A stretch of 64,000 nucleotides of DNA from Octopus sinensis. Lineage: Eukaryota. Positions within the stretch are counted from its first letter, which is position 1. The number at the start of each line of letters is the position of its first letter. The DNA lies in the NCBI RefSeq assembly GCF_006345805.1, contig NC_042998.1:161386001-161450000 (forward strand), given 5' to 3'. This document shows, one piece after another, positions 1 through 12,663 of the stretch. A program made the translations under genes and the position numbers. A model generated the notes under the pieces. It did no database searches. It saw only the letters and a list, made by a program, of their open reading frames with translations, and was not told the DNA's origin.

Positions 1-204
1 ACCTCCTTTTAAGTAGTGTTGGAGGCATTGTTAAATGTCAAGAGTACAACATTTTTTTCTTGATGAAAACAGGAAATACATATAGCCTTACCCATGCTTT
101 CTTATAGTAAATACAGATTGATAGATAGATAGATAGATACATACATACATATGTACATTCATACATACATACATATACATATATGTTTGCATGTGAGCAT
201 TAGG

Positions 205-410
205 AAATCCATCCTACCAGAGAAACTATGCCAAAGATGACATTGGAGTCCAATACAGTCCTATGGCTTTTCAGATCCTGTTGAACCATTCAAGGCATGC
301 CAGCATGGAATATGAATATTAAATGATGATAGTGATGATGATAATGACAATGACGATGACGGCGATGATGATGATGATGATGATGATGCAGATGATGTTG
401 ATGATGATAA
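205..410 (+). mobile_element. Degraded 3' part of SINE family D, with (GAT)n tail
   Basis: Ends in 'aggcatgccagcatggaatatgaatattaaa' followed by (GAT)n, matching tails at 2150-2203, 4730-4825, 43900-43975 and 54800-54858. Confidence 0.6.
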
Positions 411-1904
411 TTATTCATACATACACACATACACAGACACATTCATATATTCGTCAGTACCTACATATAACCATATAGACACATATACATGCACATACAA
501 GCAGTCATAAGTACCTACATATATACATAGGCACACATGCACAACCACACATACTTTATTGATAAATACATACATGCATGCATGCATACATCTACACATC
601 ATACATACATACATACATACATACATACATGTATTGGATCAGATCAATACGATCAAATGATAAAAATTATACAATACAGGTATACATACATACGTATTTT
701 TTTCTGAACCCGGTCATTGGGCAATGATATCAATGCATAAATTTTGCTTGACCCACACACACATATATATATATAGGATATTAAATGCTATGACTTATTG
801 CATGGAAGAATGAATGTACAATAAAACAAGGACAAAAATTTTAACAAAATTTAAAAACACATGAATAACATCTTAAAATAATTATATTATCATATGGGCT
901 TTATAGAGGAAATGACAATGTACCAAGATATCTGGTGAGATGAAGTTCTAGAGAAGACACACCTGCATTAGTGAAACTGAGTTCTAGAAGGGCTGTGTGC
1001 CCCACCCATACTTAACAAGAAAACTTCTCACACACTGAGCCACAACAAACCAAAACTATGTTTCTACATCTCTTCTCTTCCTCACATTTCCACTTCATGC
1101 ATTATGCTTACCTCCTGTCCAAATTCCTGTCCTCTTGGCCCTGTGACACTATCATTGCTCTCTTGAGTTGTTCCACCCACACACCCTGTCTCACTGTATC
1201 ATTGCTATCTGCTAGCACCTGTGTTCCACTCACATGTAGCAAGAAAACTTTTCACTCATCCTACCTCAACAAATCAATCTACATTTCCACATCACTTCTC
1301 TTCCTCACATTTCTTCCTTCATACACTATGCCTTGCTCTCATCCTCAATCCTGCCCTCACAGTCCTGTTCCTCTGTATCATTGCTATTCAGTAGCTCCCC
1401 TGAATCTATATATACCCAAGTTTTTCCACTCTCTCCCCTCTCCACACTCTTTAATCACACTTCCATTGTAATATCCTGCCACTTACATTATGGCATTTGA
1501 ACCTCAAGGGTATGCCCTGGCACTTGCCACCATCTATATCTCTCTCTACTTTTACTCAACCATCCTGTTTATATTCTGATCCCTGTCCCTTGTGAGTATG
1601 CCTGGCATTTTGCCACCATCTCTATCCTGCTGTCCCCCATTCTCCTTCTCCTGCATTTCCCTCAAGTTGGGTAACCATGTATTTCCTTTGCAGTGGCACA
1701 CCTGTTTCTGTCTTCATTCCTGACTTCTCTTTCTCTCTCTGGTCAGGTAACATTGTACTTCCTCTACAGCAAGACACCTGTTTCTGTCTCTTTGTCTCAC
1801 TATAACCTTTCATCATCTGATACAAGATCGCCTCCTCCAATGCCCCTTCCTCTCTTTAAAACTTTTGTTTTTCTTATGTCTTGTCTTGCAAGTATTTGGT
1901 GACC

Positions 1905-2203
1905 CTGTCAGTGCAGGGGCCACTTAAAAGCACCCAGCCCATACTGTAAAGTGGTTGATGTTCGGAAGTGAATCCAACTGTAAAATCCTTGCCAAAACTG
2001 ACCTCACCTGTGACTGTGCCACATAAAAAGCATGAATTCCACTCTGCTGAGTGGTTGGTGTTAGGAGGGGCATCCAGCTGTAAAAACTCCTGTCAAAACA
2101 GTCACAGATGTCTGGTGCAGGCTTCTGCCTGGCTGGCTCTTGTGAAACTGTCCCACCCATACTAGCATGGATAGTAGACGTTAAACGATGATGATGATGA
2201 TGT
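1905..2203 (+). mobile_element. SINE family D copy (RTE-like tail, (GAT)n end)
   Basis: Contains 'ggtgttaggaggggcatccagctgtaaaa' and 'cccatactagcatggatagtagacgttaaacgatgatgat', both recurring elsewhere in the window. Confidence 0.7.
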
Positions 2204-2520
2204 ATATATGCGTATATATATACATGCATTTATAGATATATATATGTGTGTGTGTGTATATATGTATCATGATCTTTTATTTAATATAAAACTGATATTT
2301 TCTTCACTTCTGGAATTCACTTGAAATTTTATTCTACTTTACTGTTAGTTACCATTATGAGCAGAATGCAAAGGCAACATCTGGTGTTGATACACCTGCA
2401 TGTCTCTGACTGATTGCAGATGTTAGTCTTTGATTCCTTCCTGCTTGCCTGTCATCTCATTCCAAGTGAAACTAAGAAATATGTAACCATACTGCTTTAT
2501 AATATATATATATTTATATG

Positions 2521-2551
<31 letters not shown>

Positions 2552-2782
2552 ATGTATATATATACAGTGATATATTATATGGATGTTGCCCCCATATGAA
2601 TGTAGCAATTTATCATATGTTCTCTTGCTTGTCAACATTTGTGCAGATAAAGAATTTATATTTTTCATTTAGTTGGTTAAAATTTCTTGAATTTATGTAG
2701 CTGAAAGTAATTGACTAATTTACCTGATTAAATATATTTACACACACACATATGAATACATATAATATATATATGCATAATA

Positions 2783-2822
<40 letters not shown>

Positions 2823-3797
2823 TAGCACAGACATGTATACATATACATGTGTGTGAGTATGTATATATATATATATAATTACAATTATAATTTCTGAAAT
2901 AAGCAAGGCAAGGCTAGAAATTTGTGCCTGGAAGATATGAATAATTAATAATCTTGCTATTAGTTTATATCTGGATTGCTAGTAACTCATTTATAATGAA
3001 AATACTTTGCAGGAAAATGAAATTGTCATCACACACTTTTGTGACTTGAAAATATAATAATAATGATAATAATAATAATAATAAAATGTTCATTTTTTTT
3101 TCTGAAATTAAATATGTAACTCCATGTTTTTTTTATTACTGTGTTACTTCATAATTGTTTTCACTTTACACGCACCTTTCATATTTGTTTTTAGCTATTT
3201 TCTTTTATATTTTTTTGAAAATATAAACATTTGCTTGTTGATAAAGCAAAGAGTTATAAGTGTTAAATGTTCTTACTTAAAGTGAAAGTTTTTTAGCTAA
3301 TGAAACTGAAATAATAGGCTAAATCTGTTGTGTGGATTTAATCTTATCAGTTAGGTCTTGAATATTCTTAGCAGGGTCCATTCTACTATAAGTATTTAGA
3401 TTAGGACTCCACTCAGAGGATGACTCAGTACCAAATGATATTTTCTATAGCAATAACCCACGAATCAAGGTCTTTTCCTCCAGTTTTCTCCACTACTGCT
3501 GATGGTCCTGCAAAAGGACCGAACTATTAAAACAAAGAAAATAGGTGGGCTGCAGGTTATTGGGGTTGGCATTGACTCTATCATGATTTGAACACATTGC
3601 CATAGTGCTTCAGTTTAACAACTATTTACTGAGCTTGGCCGAATGGTTAAAAAATTCATTTTATAATCACAACATCTTGGGTTCAGTTCTACTACTTGGT
3701 ATTGTGGGCATGTGCCGTTTGCTGTAGCTGTAGACTAACCCATACCTTGTGAGCGAAACTGTGTAGAAGCCTGTTTTGATGGATTGCACTAAGTTAA

Positions 3798-4049
3798 ACT
3801 CTTTAGTATTCTGATTATTCTGTCAAATGTAATGTTTGTTTATTCATATTGTTTTGAATTAGGAGTGAATCAGGTGCAGGAGTGGCTGTGTGGTAAGTGG
3901 CTTGCTTACCAACCACATGGTCCTAGGTTCAGTCCCACTGCGTGACATCTTGGGCAAGTGTCTTCTACTATAGCCTCAGGCCGACCAAAGCCTTGTGAGT
4001 GGATTTGGTAGACAGAAACTGAAAGAAGCCCATCGTATATATATGTATA

Positions 4050-4092
<43 letters not shown>

Positions 4093-4464
4093 TTGTATGT
4101 CTGTGTTTGTCCCCCCAACATCGCTTGACAACTGATGCTGGTGTGTTTATGTCCCCGTAACTTAGTGGTTCAGCAAAAGAAACCGATAGAATAAGTACTA
4201 GGCTTATAAAGAATAAGTTATGGGGTCGATTTGCTCGACTAAAGGTGGTTCTCCAGTATGGCTGCAGTCAAATGACTGAAACAAGTAAAAGAGTAAAAGA
4301 GTAATTAATCAGGTATTATCTTGCAGTCTAGAGATTTCAATGATGTGATTGTTTGGTTATAGAATGACATTTTAGGGTTGAGGTGAGAAGCCAGATTTGG
4401 CCAGTTTCAACATAAAACAGGTTAAATATTTTGACTAGATATGGCTGCTTTGAATGTTAAGGGG
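3798..4464. mobile_element. piggyBac-like MITE, interrupted by a SINE
   Basis: TTAA at 3794-3797 and 4465-4468. Degenerate terminal inverted repeats 'actctttagtattc' / 'gaatgttaagggg'. SINE family A inserted at about 3871-4301. Confidence 0.6.
3871..4301 (+). mobile_element. Full-length tRNA-derived SINE family A (CORE-like, resembles octopus OR-type SINEs)
   Basis: A-box-like 'tggctgtgtgg', B-box-like 'ggttcagtccc', CORE-like 'cttgggcaagt', internal (TA/TG)n and a tail ending in (aaaagagt)x2. More than 15 related copies occur in the window. Confidence 0.85.
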
Positions 4465-5969
4465 TTAAAACTTTGTCACACTGTGTCATGTTGATTCTTC
4501 CAGAGAAATACCTTAAGGGTACATGTTTCTGTGGAATATTCAGCTACTTTGGTGAGTAAGTAATTCAGTTGTTAGGATGCTTGTCTTGTGAGTTTCAAAG
4601 TACTCTTAGTAATGGTGCTAAGAAAATAAGCTTCCATTATATTCTGTAAATTGGTATTAAGAAGAGCCTCCAGTTGTAGAAATTGTGATACTGGAGCAAG
4701 ATGTCCTTTGATGCACTGGATCCTGTCAAAACATCCAACCCATGCTAACATTGAAAGCATATATAAAATGATTATGATGACAATGATGACAACAAACATG
4801 ATGATGATGATGATGATGATGATGCTAGATTTACAAAACCAAAAGACTGATATAGTATTCAGTTACATCCATCTATAATCAGAATGAAATCAGGCAGAGG
4901 TCAGATTTGATTTTCAACTTTTTAGCATCATTTAAATAAACTAAATAAACTAAACCGTTAAAGCTGTTATCCCAGAATGAATCCAATCCAGTGATTGAAG
5001 GTAATAAATGTGTAAAAGATTAACATGCACATATGTATGTATGTATGTATGTATATATGTATTTGATCTCACTTGTTACATAATATGATCAGGTTTACTA
5101 GGGATAAATAGTGTCTCAATTACTGTGACTTGTTATGTTAGACATGTATTTCAATGATCAAAGCTCTTAATGAAGAACTGGTAGATTCTTTTTGTTGTAA
5201 TAGTGAAGTAGCTCACTCGATATTGAAAGATACCATATATTGTTCCTCTATTGCAGCTCTGTTACTGGCAAATAGGAACTTTGCATTGTTTACAATTAGT
5301 TATGATTCCATTTGAAAGCAAAGCTTCTTCATCTAATTAATTGTTTGGAATATAATCAAAGGAGCTTGATTATCAGATCTATTTTAGAATTGGATTTCTA
5401 GATATCATTATCAATTTGCCAAATGGGCCAGGCTATTTTTGTCCCCTGGTTGCTAGACTATCATTTAGAAAACAGAGGAAATATCAAATAGCTTAGTTAG
5501 ACGGATGTGAGTTGTATTTTGAAAACATTCAGTGCTCTTTCATCATTGCAGGGAAGAAAAGACTCATTATGAACAGGACTGGGGGTCACACAAAATGTTT
5601 CACCATGCAAAGGAGTAGGAATATTTTGGCATTTATCCAAAGCTGCTTTTTATATGCTGACTAAAGTGTGATAAAGTGCCACACTGGTAATAAATTTCCT
5701 TTCACACTTTTTATTTGTCATAACCAAGTAGGGAAACTAATACACTGTATTCATACATCAACATGTATTCTTTTAAATGACAGGCTTACATAAGATAAAT
5801 TTTATTGAACCATCTTCAGTTCATTCCTCATGTATCAACAACTGGAATGCATTTTCTTCTCTCTTTCACAATATTACTTGTATATTTAATAATATTATCT
5901 ACACTAATACTGCTCTCTTGATTCTATAATAACAATAATAAAAATAATAATAATGATAATAATACCAGG

Positions 5970-6546
5970 ATGCCCTGATGCAGTACCAGAATGCCCTGAT
6001 GCAGTACCAGGCAGTGGCTCCCATGGCTTCTGATCTTAACTGATTGGAAGTGTTATCATGTACATTGTTTTGTTTTGGTATAAAAGATGGGCTACAGCAA
6101 ATATTCTGCTCAATACCACAGATTTGCTTGTCAGTTGTTTGACCTTAACCAGTTGAGCATGTCCCTTAGTGGCTGACGATATGTGCATCTCTGATCACGA
6201 GCAGAAGTAGTGGGGGAGCATCATAGCCATGTGTTGAGAGGGATTCTTTGGGGTTTGAATAATTCACCTCTGGAAACATGGGTGGTTTTTTCAACATCCT
6301 TAAACAACCCTTATTCAGGGACCGTTTGAGCGGGATGGGCTACTCAACCTGAAGAAAATTCTAACTGGGCCCCACCTGCAAGGTCATGTGCTGTTTATCT
6401 TGATATGAGATCACCATGTCGCGCACATATGGTTGTGATGCATGTGCCTGGTGTACCTTTATCAGACGGGTAGTCATGATGGGTATATTGGGCTTCGTAT
6501 ATTTTACCCCAGTGTCACTTTGATGGCATGCACTGTTCTCTCACTC
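5970..6546 (+). mobile_element. ~580-bp (AAT)n-flanked interspersed element, copy 1
   Basis: Reverse complement of 8330-8873 along its whole length. (AAT)n on both sides; the first 21 bp are tandemly duplicated (5970 and 5991). Confidence 0.8.
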
Positions 6547-6570
6547 AATAATAATAATAATAATAATAAT

Positions 6571-6705
6571 CCTTTCTACTATAGGCACAAGGCCTGGCTT
6601 TTTTTTGGGGGGGGGGGTCAATCAATCATATTAACCCCAGTATTCGACTGGTACTTATTTTATCTACCCTGAAAGGATGAAAAGCAAAGTTGACTTCAGT
6701 GGAAT
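6571..6705 (-). mobile_element. Partial SINE family B (3' half)
   Basis: 'ctggtacttattttatctaccctgaaaggatgaaaagcaaagttgac' matches 38270-38320. Confidence 0.7.
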
Positions 6706-6710
6706 AATAA

Positions 6711-7640
6711 TGATTTCTTTTATTGTTCATAAGGGCCCAAGACATGGAGGAAAATATCGAAGGATAACTTTCAGCAAAACAAAAAAATTACAAAAACAAA
6801 AACATGTGGTATTAACATCAATCAGGGGAGATACTACCACATTAAAAGATATAATAGAGGATATATAACAGAAAGTAGAGAAATAAATGATAAATAGAAT
6901 CCCCAATTGCGGGGCAGTCCCCTTAGGGTAATCTGGGGCAAACACTACACAAAATTCCTGGATTACTCTTTCTCCTTCTTAGAAAAGCATATTCAGAGTA
7001 GATCCATTCAGTCTCACCAGTCTTGCCATTGTCAACCACCTTTTGATATACACACTAGAAGGCAGCACTACCTTCTCTACCCTCACCTTCCTCTTCAAAT
7101 GATATTTGATGAAATTGCTGAGAGCTTGACCAGATAGGAATGTGCCTGTCTCCAAACCTTTCAGATGGGTCCATCACACAGCCTCTTTTGCCACTTCCAC
7201 GAGGCAGAGAAAGACCTGCCTTCCTTCTCTGCTAAGGGAAGGTGGTGCGTCGATCTTCACTATACACTTGGCAAACAGCTGAATTTGTCTTACACGTGAT
7301 ACAGCTGCTCCTCACAATCCCACAACTCTCTAATGCACAGACATTGAATTATTGCATGCAAGATAGTTTCCTCCTCTTGCAAGCATCTCAGGCAAGTTTG
7401 GCTGTTGGCACTTCCATGCCTGAACAGGTTGTCTCAAACAGGCAATGCCCCTCTGCCAAGCTAAAGACTTTTGGAAATTGTCCATGATCTTTGACCTGAA
7501 GGTACTCTGGAAGAGACTACTCAGACTGTTCTCACTGATGCCTAGATTTAACCCTAGGTCATCATCACTCATACCTTTAACTAGCACACATACCCTCCTA
7601 GAAATCTTGGGTTGTTTTCCCACAAACAGTTTTGAGCAGC
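6711..7640 (-). mobile_element. 5'-truncated L1/Tx1-like LINE: ORF2 C-terminus, 3' UTR and polyA signal
   Basis: Minus-strand frame reads GALPV*DNLFRHGSANSQTCLRCLQEEETILHAIIQCLCIRELW (CCHC zinc-knuckle, about 7325-7450). It continues to ...RWLTMARLVRLNGSTLNMLF* (stop 6979-6981). AATAAA lies at the 3' end, about 6718-6723. Confidence 0.7.
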
Positions 7641-8174
7641 TGCAGAATAATAATAACTTCTGCCGCCGCTGCCACCACCACCACCACCACCACCACCACC
7701 ACCACCAGCATCATCACCACCATCACCACCACCACCATCTATCAACATCATCATCATCATCATTATCATCTGTTTTGATTTTGCTTTAATTTATATGAGT
7801 CACACCCATGTCTAAACAGATACACCTAGGGACAAGATTTTGCATCTGAAGACGTTAACAGGTAAAGTGTCATGCATTTGAAAACATTGACATCTGTGGT
7901 AGGAGAAAAAACACAGTGAGTAAGATTGTATTTACATGATGAGGAATTTATGTAGAATATGTGAGATACCCATAAGTACAATATTTTGTAATTCACTGCC
8001 AGGGATTTAGTTTACCTACTTGTTTGCTCCTCATGAAACCACCCCAATAACAATAGGTAATATCGTAGTTTTGTGATGCTACATTCTTCCAATTTCATCT
8101 CCAGGTCCTAATACTTGGTCATTTTTTCAAGCATTTTCAGAGATGTGTTTGCATTATCATATTCAAATGCTGTT

Positions 8175-8305
8175 GAGAACGACTTTACCTTTCATCCTTT
8201 GGTGGTGGGGGTTGATGAACTAAGTTCCAGTTGAGTACTGGGGTTGATGTAATTACTTCTCCCTCCCCTTGAAGTTGCTGATCTTGTGCCAAAATTAGAA
8301 AGAGA
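8175..8305 (+). mobile_element. Partial SINE family B (3' half)
   Basis: 'gactttacctttcatccttt...gtactggggttgatgtaatt...ttgtgccaaaatt' followed by (ATT)n. Confidence 0.65.
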
Positions 8306-8329
8306 ATTATTATTATTATTATTATTATT

Positions 8330-8873
8330 GAGTGAGAGAGCAGGGCATGCCATCAAAGTGACACTGGGGTAAAATATACAAAGCCCAGTATACCGATCAT
8401 AACTACCCGTCTGATAAGAGTACTCCAGACACACACATCACAACCATATATGTGCAACATGGTGATCTCATATCAAGATAAACAGCGCATGACCTTGCAG
8501 GTGGGGCCCAGTTAGAATTTTCTTCTGGTCGAGTAACTCATCCCACCCAAAAGGTCCCTGAATAAGGGTTGTTTAAGGATGTTGAATGAAACACCCATGT
8601 TTCCAGAGGTGAATTATTCAAACCCCAAAGAATCTCTCTCAACACATGGCTATGATGCTCCCCCAGTACTTCTGCTCATGATCAGTGACGCACATATCGT
8701 CAGCCACTAAGGGACATGCTCAACTGGGTAAGGTCAAGCAACTTACAAGCAAATCTGTGGTATTTGCTGTAGCCCATTTTTTATTCCAAGACAAAACAAT
8801 GTACATGATAACACTTCCAATCAGTTAAGATCAGAAGCCATGGGAGCCACTGCCTGGTACTGCATCAGGGCAT
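8330..8873 (-). mobile_element. ~550-bp (AAT)n-flanked interspersed element, copy 2 (inverted relative to 5970-6546)
   Basis: Reverse complement of copy 1; both copies share the same two termini. Confidence 0.8.
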
Positions 8874-10109
8874 TTTATTATTATTATTATTATTATTTAT
8901 TATTATTATATTATTATTATTATTATTATTATTATTTGTTGTTGTTATCCTTATTAGTGGTAGAGGAACAGTTTTTGTTTTCCCAAATGACAAGTTTATA
9001 AACATTGTAGTTTTCTATGATAGATATATAATTGATACAACAAATTACAAGGAAGAGATTTGTGTCAACATTTCTTGTCAAATGGGATCTTTTGTAAATG
9101 CATGAACATTTGTAAATGTATGAACAAACATCTAAAATCGAATAATACTGATGTCTTTCATTAGTATAAGATGAGAGGGTTGTTTGGCGGGAGTTAAACA
9201 CATGATATTTACCTCAGTATATGACTGGTGTTAATTTGATCCACTCAAAAAGGATAATAAGATAAAATCCATAATCAATCTCATCCCACTGAGAATGAAA
9301 CTTGGTCAATAAAGGAATACAACTAAATACTGCAATATGGTACGTTTTTCAGTTGACTTCTGGTTTGACTGTATACTCTTTTAGGTACCCAACTTAACAA
9401 ATAGCCATAATTTTTTATGTAATTAGATCACCAGCAGTAAGTATATGGCCAGACTCTTTCTATTAACAACTGCACCCCACAAAAAAAAACAATGTATTGG
9501 GATGAAATACTGACTGTAACTACCAGGTATTGAGATTCTTCCTTCCATTTGTCACTGTTAACATATATGTACACACACACACTGGATTTTGCAGTTCTCA
9601 TCTGTTCACAAGGTGTCAGTAAATCTGAGGTTAAAAGTGGAATACATTCTATTTACTGTGTTGTGCTCAGCCTTTGTAGTAATAAGCTCAAAATCTTATG
9701 CTAGTCTTTAATCTTAGATTAGTTTTTTTTTCTTCATCACTCATGGTATCAATAAAATCAGTACGATTCACTTACTGGTGTCAATTAAATTGATTATATC
9801 ACTCTGTTTTTAAATTATTAGTGGTAGCCATGTGCCTGTATGAGAAATACCCTTTCATTACTATGCCTGCATTGATGATGAAGGTGGTGGTGGTGATGAT
9901 GATGATGATGATGCATCCATTAACCCCCCTCCCCCAATTTTTAAGTGTCAAGTTCTGTGTTTTCCTCAAATTTCACGCAAGTGATTATCATGTTCTTGTA
10001 AAACTGGTGTGAAATATAGGAAGTTTTATTAAAAAAAAGTATATTATAAATAAAATTAATCAAAAGCTATCAGTGAATAACTAACATAAATTGATAAATG
10101 ATAATGTAA

Positions 10110-11010
<901 letters not shown>

Positions 11011-11130
11011 CACATTAAATACTTGTTATTGTTTATGTTACTAATGAACACAAATTTTAGTTAATATCTATTAAGTTGTTAGATCACAGAGGTTGATTTG
11101 TATTGATCAGGTTAGCTTTAATTTCGTCAG

Positions 11131-11396
11131 TGGCAAATGCCGGTGTGGACCTCTCAGATTTCCATTCTGTCAAATTTTGTTGAGACCTTTGATGTGAGTG
11201 AGTAAGAATTTTATTTTTTGTTCTATCATCGACATCAAAGTCATTTGTATAAATGATTTGTGTTGTAAATTTGCTACAGATATTCACAAGAGATGATAAT
11301 GCATAAATTTCAGGGATGAAGAAAAGGAAAATTGATGTAGAAAATTTAAACACTGTTCACGAACTTAAGCAAACATTAGCATTGGTGGGGTTGTGA
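11131..11396 (+). CDS. Possible two-exon fragment (11131-11197 and 11314-11396) of an unknown gene
   Basis: Acceptor tttcgtcag|, donor |gtgagt at 11198 and acceptor tttcag| at 11313. The join is in frame: WQMPVWTSQISILSNFVETFDVRMKKRKIDVENLNTVHELKQTLALVGL*. No family recognised; it may be chance. Confidence 0.2.
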
Positions 11397-12137
11397 AAAC
11401 TTGCATAATACTTCACTGAGGTCGTATTTTGTCTAGCAAGTGACTGGCTTTACCTTACTATGACAGAAAACTATTCAACTGGAAAAAACCTTGTTCATGC
11501 TGTGATAATCATTAATGAAGGGAAGATGAAGGTTTTATAATACTCTTATTTTTTTAAACTTTTCTTTTCCTAAACCTCCACCTTTTCCTCCTTTCTTCTT
11601 CTAGTTGTTTATTTATTTATTTTTCTTTTCTCTTTAACATCATCATTACCATTTGAAGCAGCATTAACACCAATATTTATGTTTGATGACTGTTCTTCTA
11701 TGTTTGGATTTGCTTTTAGAAAGTGTAGTCTGGCAGAATTTGGTTGCATGGCTTTACAAAGTACTGCAATAAGTGCCACCCTAAAACAGAGAGACACATA
11801 CATGATGTACACACACATACATACAAACATACTCACAGTCGTAAATACAGACACATATACAGACGCACACATACATGCATACATACATGCAAATACATTC
11901 TTTTATTCTTTTACTTGTTTCAATCATTACACTGCAGCCATCCTGGGACATTGCCTTGAAGAATTTTTAGTCGAATGAATTGACCCCAGTGCTCTTTTCT
12001 TCTTTTAAAAGCCTGGTACTTATTCTATTGATCTCTTTTGCAGAACCACTAGGTTATGGGTACGTAAGCACACCAAGACTGGTTGCCAAGCAATGGTAGG
12101 AGGACAAACAGACTCAAAGACACATAAACACAGACAG

Positions 12138-12186
<49 letters not shown>

Positions 12187-12320
12187 TACATACATACATA
12201 TATATATATGTATGTATATATGTATGTATATATGTATATACATATATATATACATAAATACATACATACATACATATATATATATATGTATGTATATATG
12301 TATATATATATATATATATA

Positions 12321-12530
12321 TGTGACCTCGTATATACCGTTGTCGATTTTTTTTTCCTCTGTCTTCCCTTCTCTGGATCTTTCCTTCTCCTATGTTTCCG
12401 ACGAAGAGCTCCACTCGAAACGTTAAACCCTCCTTCTTTCCTTCTCTCCTGAGCGTCCAATAATACTATATTTGTTCCACGTCCTCACGTTGTTGTGTTT
12501 TTTTGTGTTTTCTTGTTTGGATTAACTATA
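12321..12530 (+). mobile_element. Penelope-like pseudo-LTR/UTR fragment carrying a hammerhead motif
   Basis: About 200 bp of unique, CpG-retaining sequence flanked on both sides by (TA)n. It contains the hammerhead-like core at 12394-12428. Confidence 0.55.
12394..12428 (+). ncRNA. Minimal type I hammerhead ribozyme-like motif (U4C variant)
   Basis: GTTT-CCGACGA-A-GAG-CTCCA-CTC-GAAA-CG-T-T-AAAC. Stem I is GTTT/AAAC, stem II is GAG/CTC, and helix III has no loop and is palindromic (AACGTT). Confidence 0.6.
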
Positions 12531-12586
12531 TATATATATATGAATATATGTATATATATATATGAATATATGTATATATATATATG

Positions 12587-12663
<77 letters not shown>

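Noticed and set aside
5540-5680. Acceptor 'tttcatcattgcag' followed by EEKTHYEQDWGSHKMFHHAKE*
   Set aside because: No recognisable family and no convincing donor or partner exon.
11084-11353. 89-aa minus-strand ORF that looks protein-like
   Set aside because: It needs a GTG start, has no recognisable motif, and lacks splice signals on that strand.
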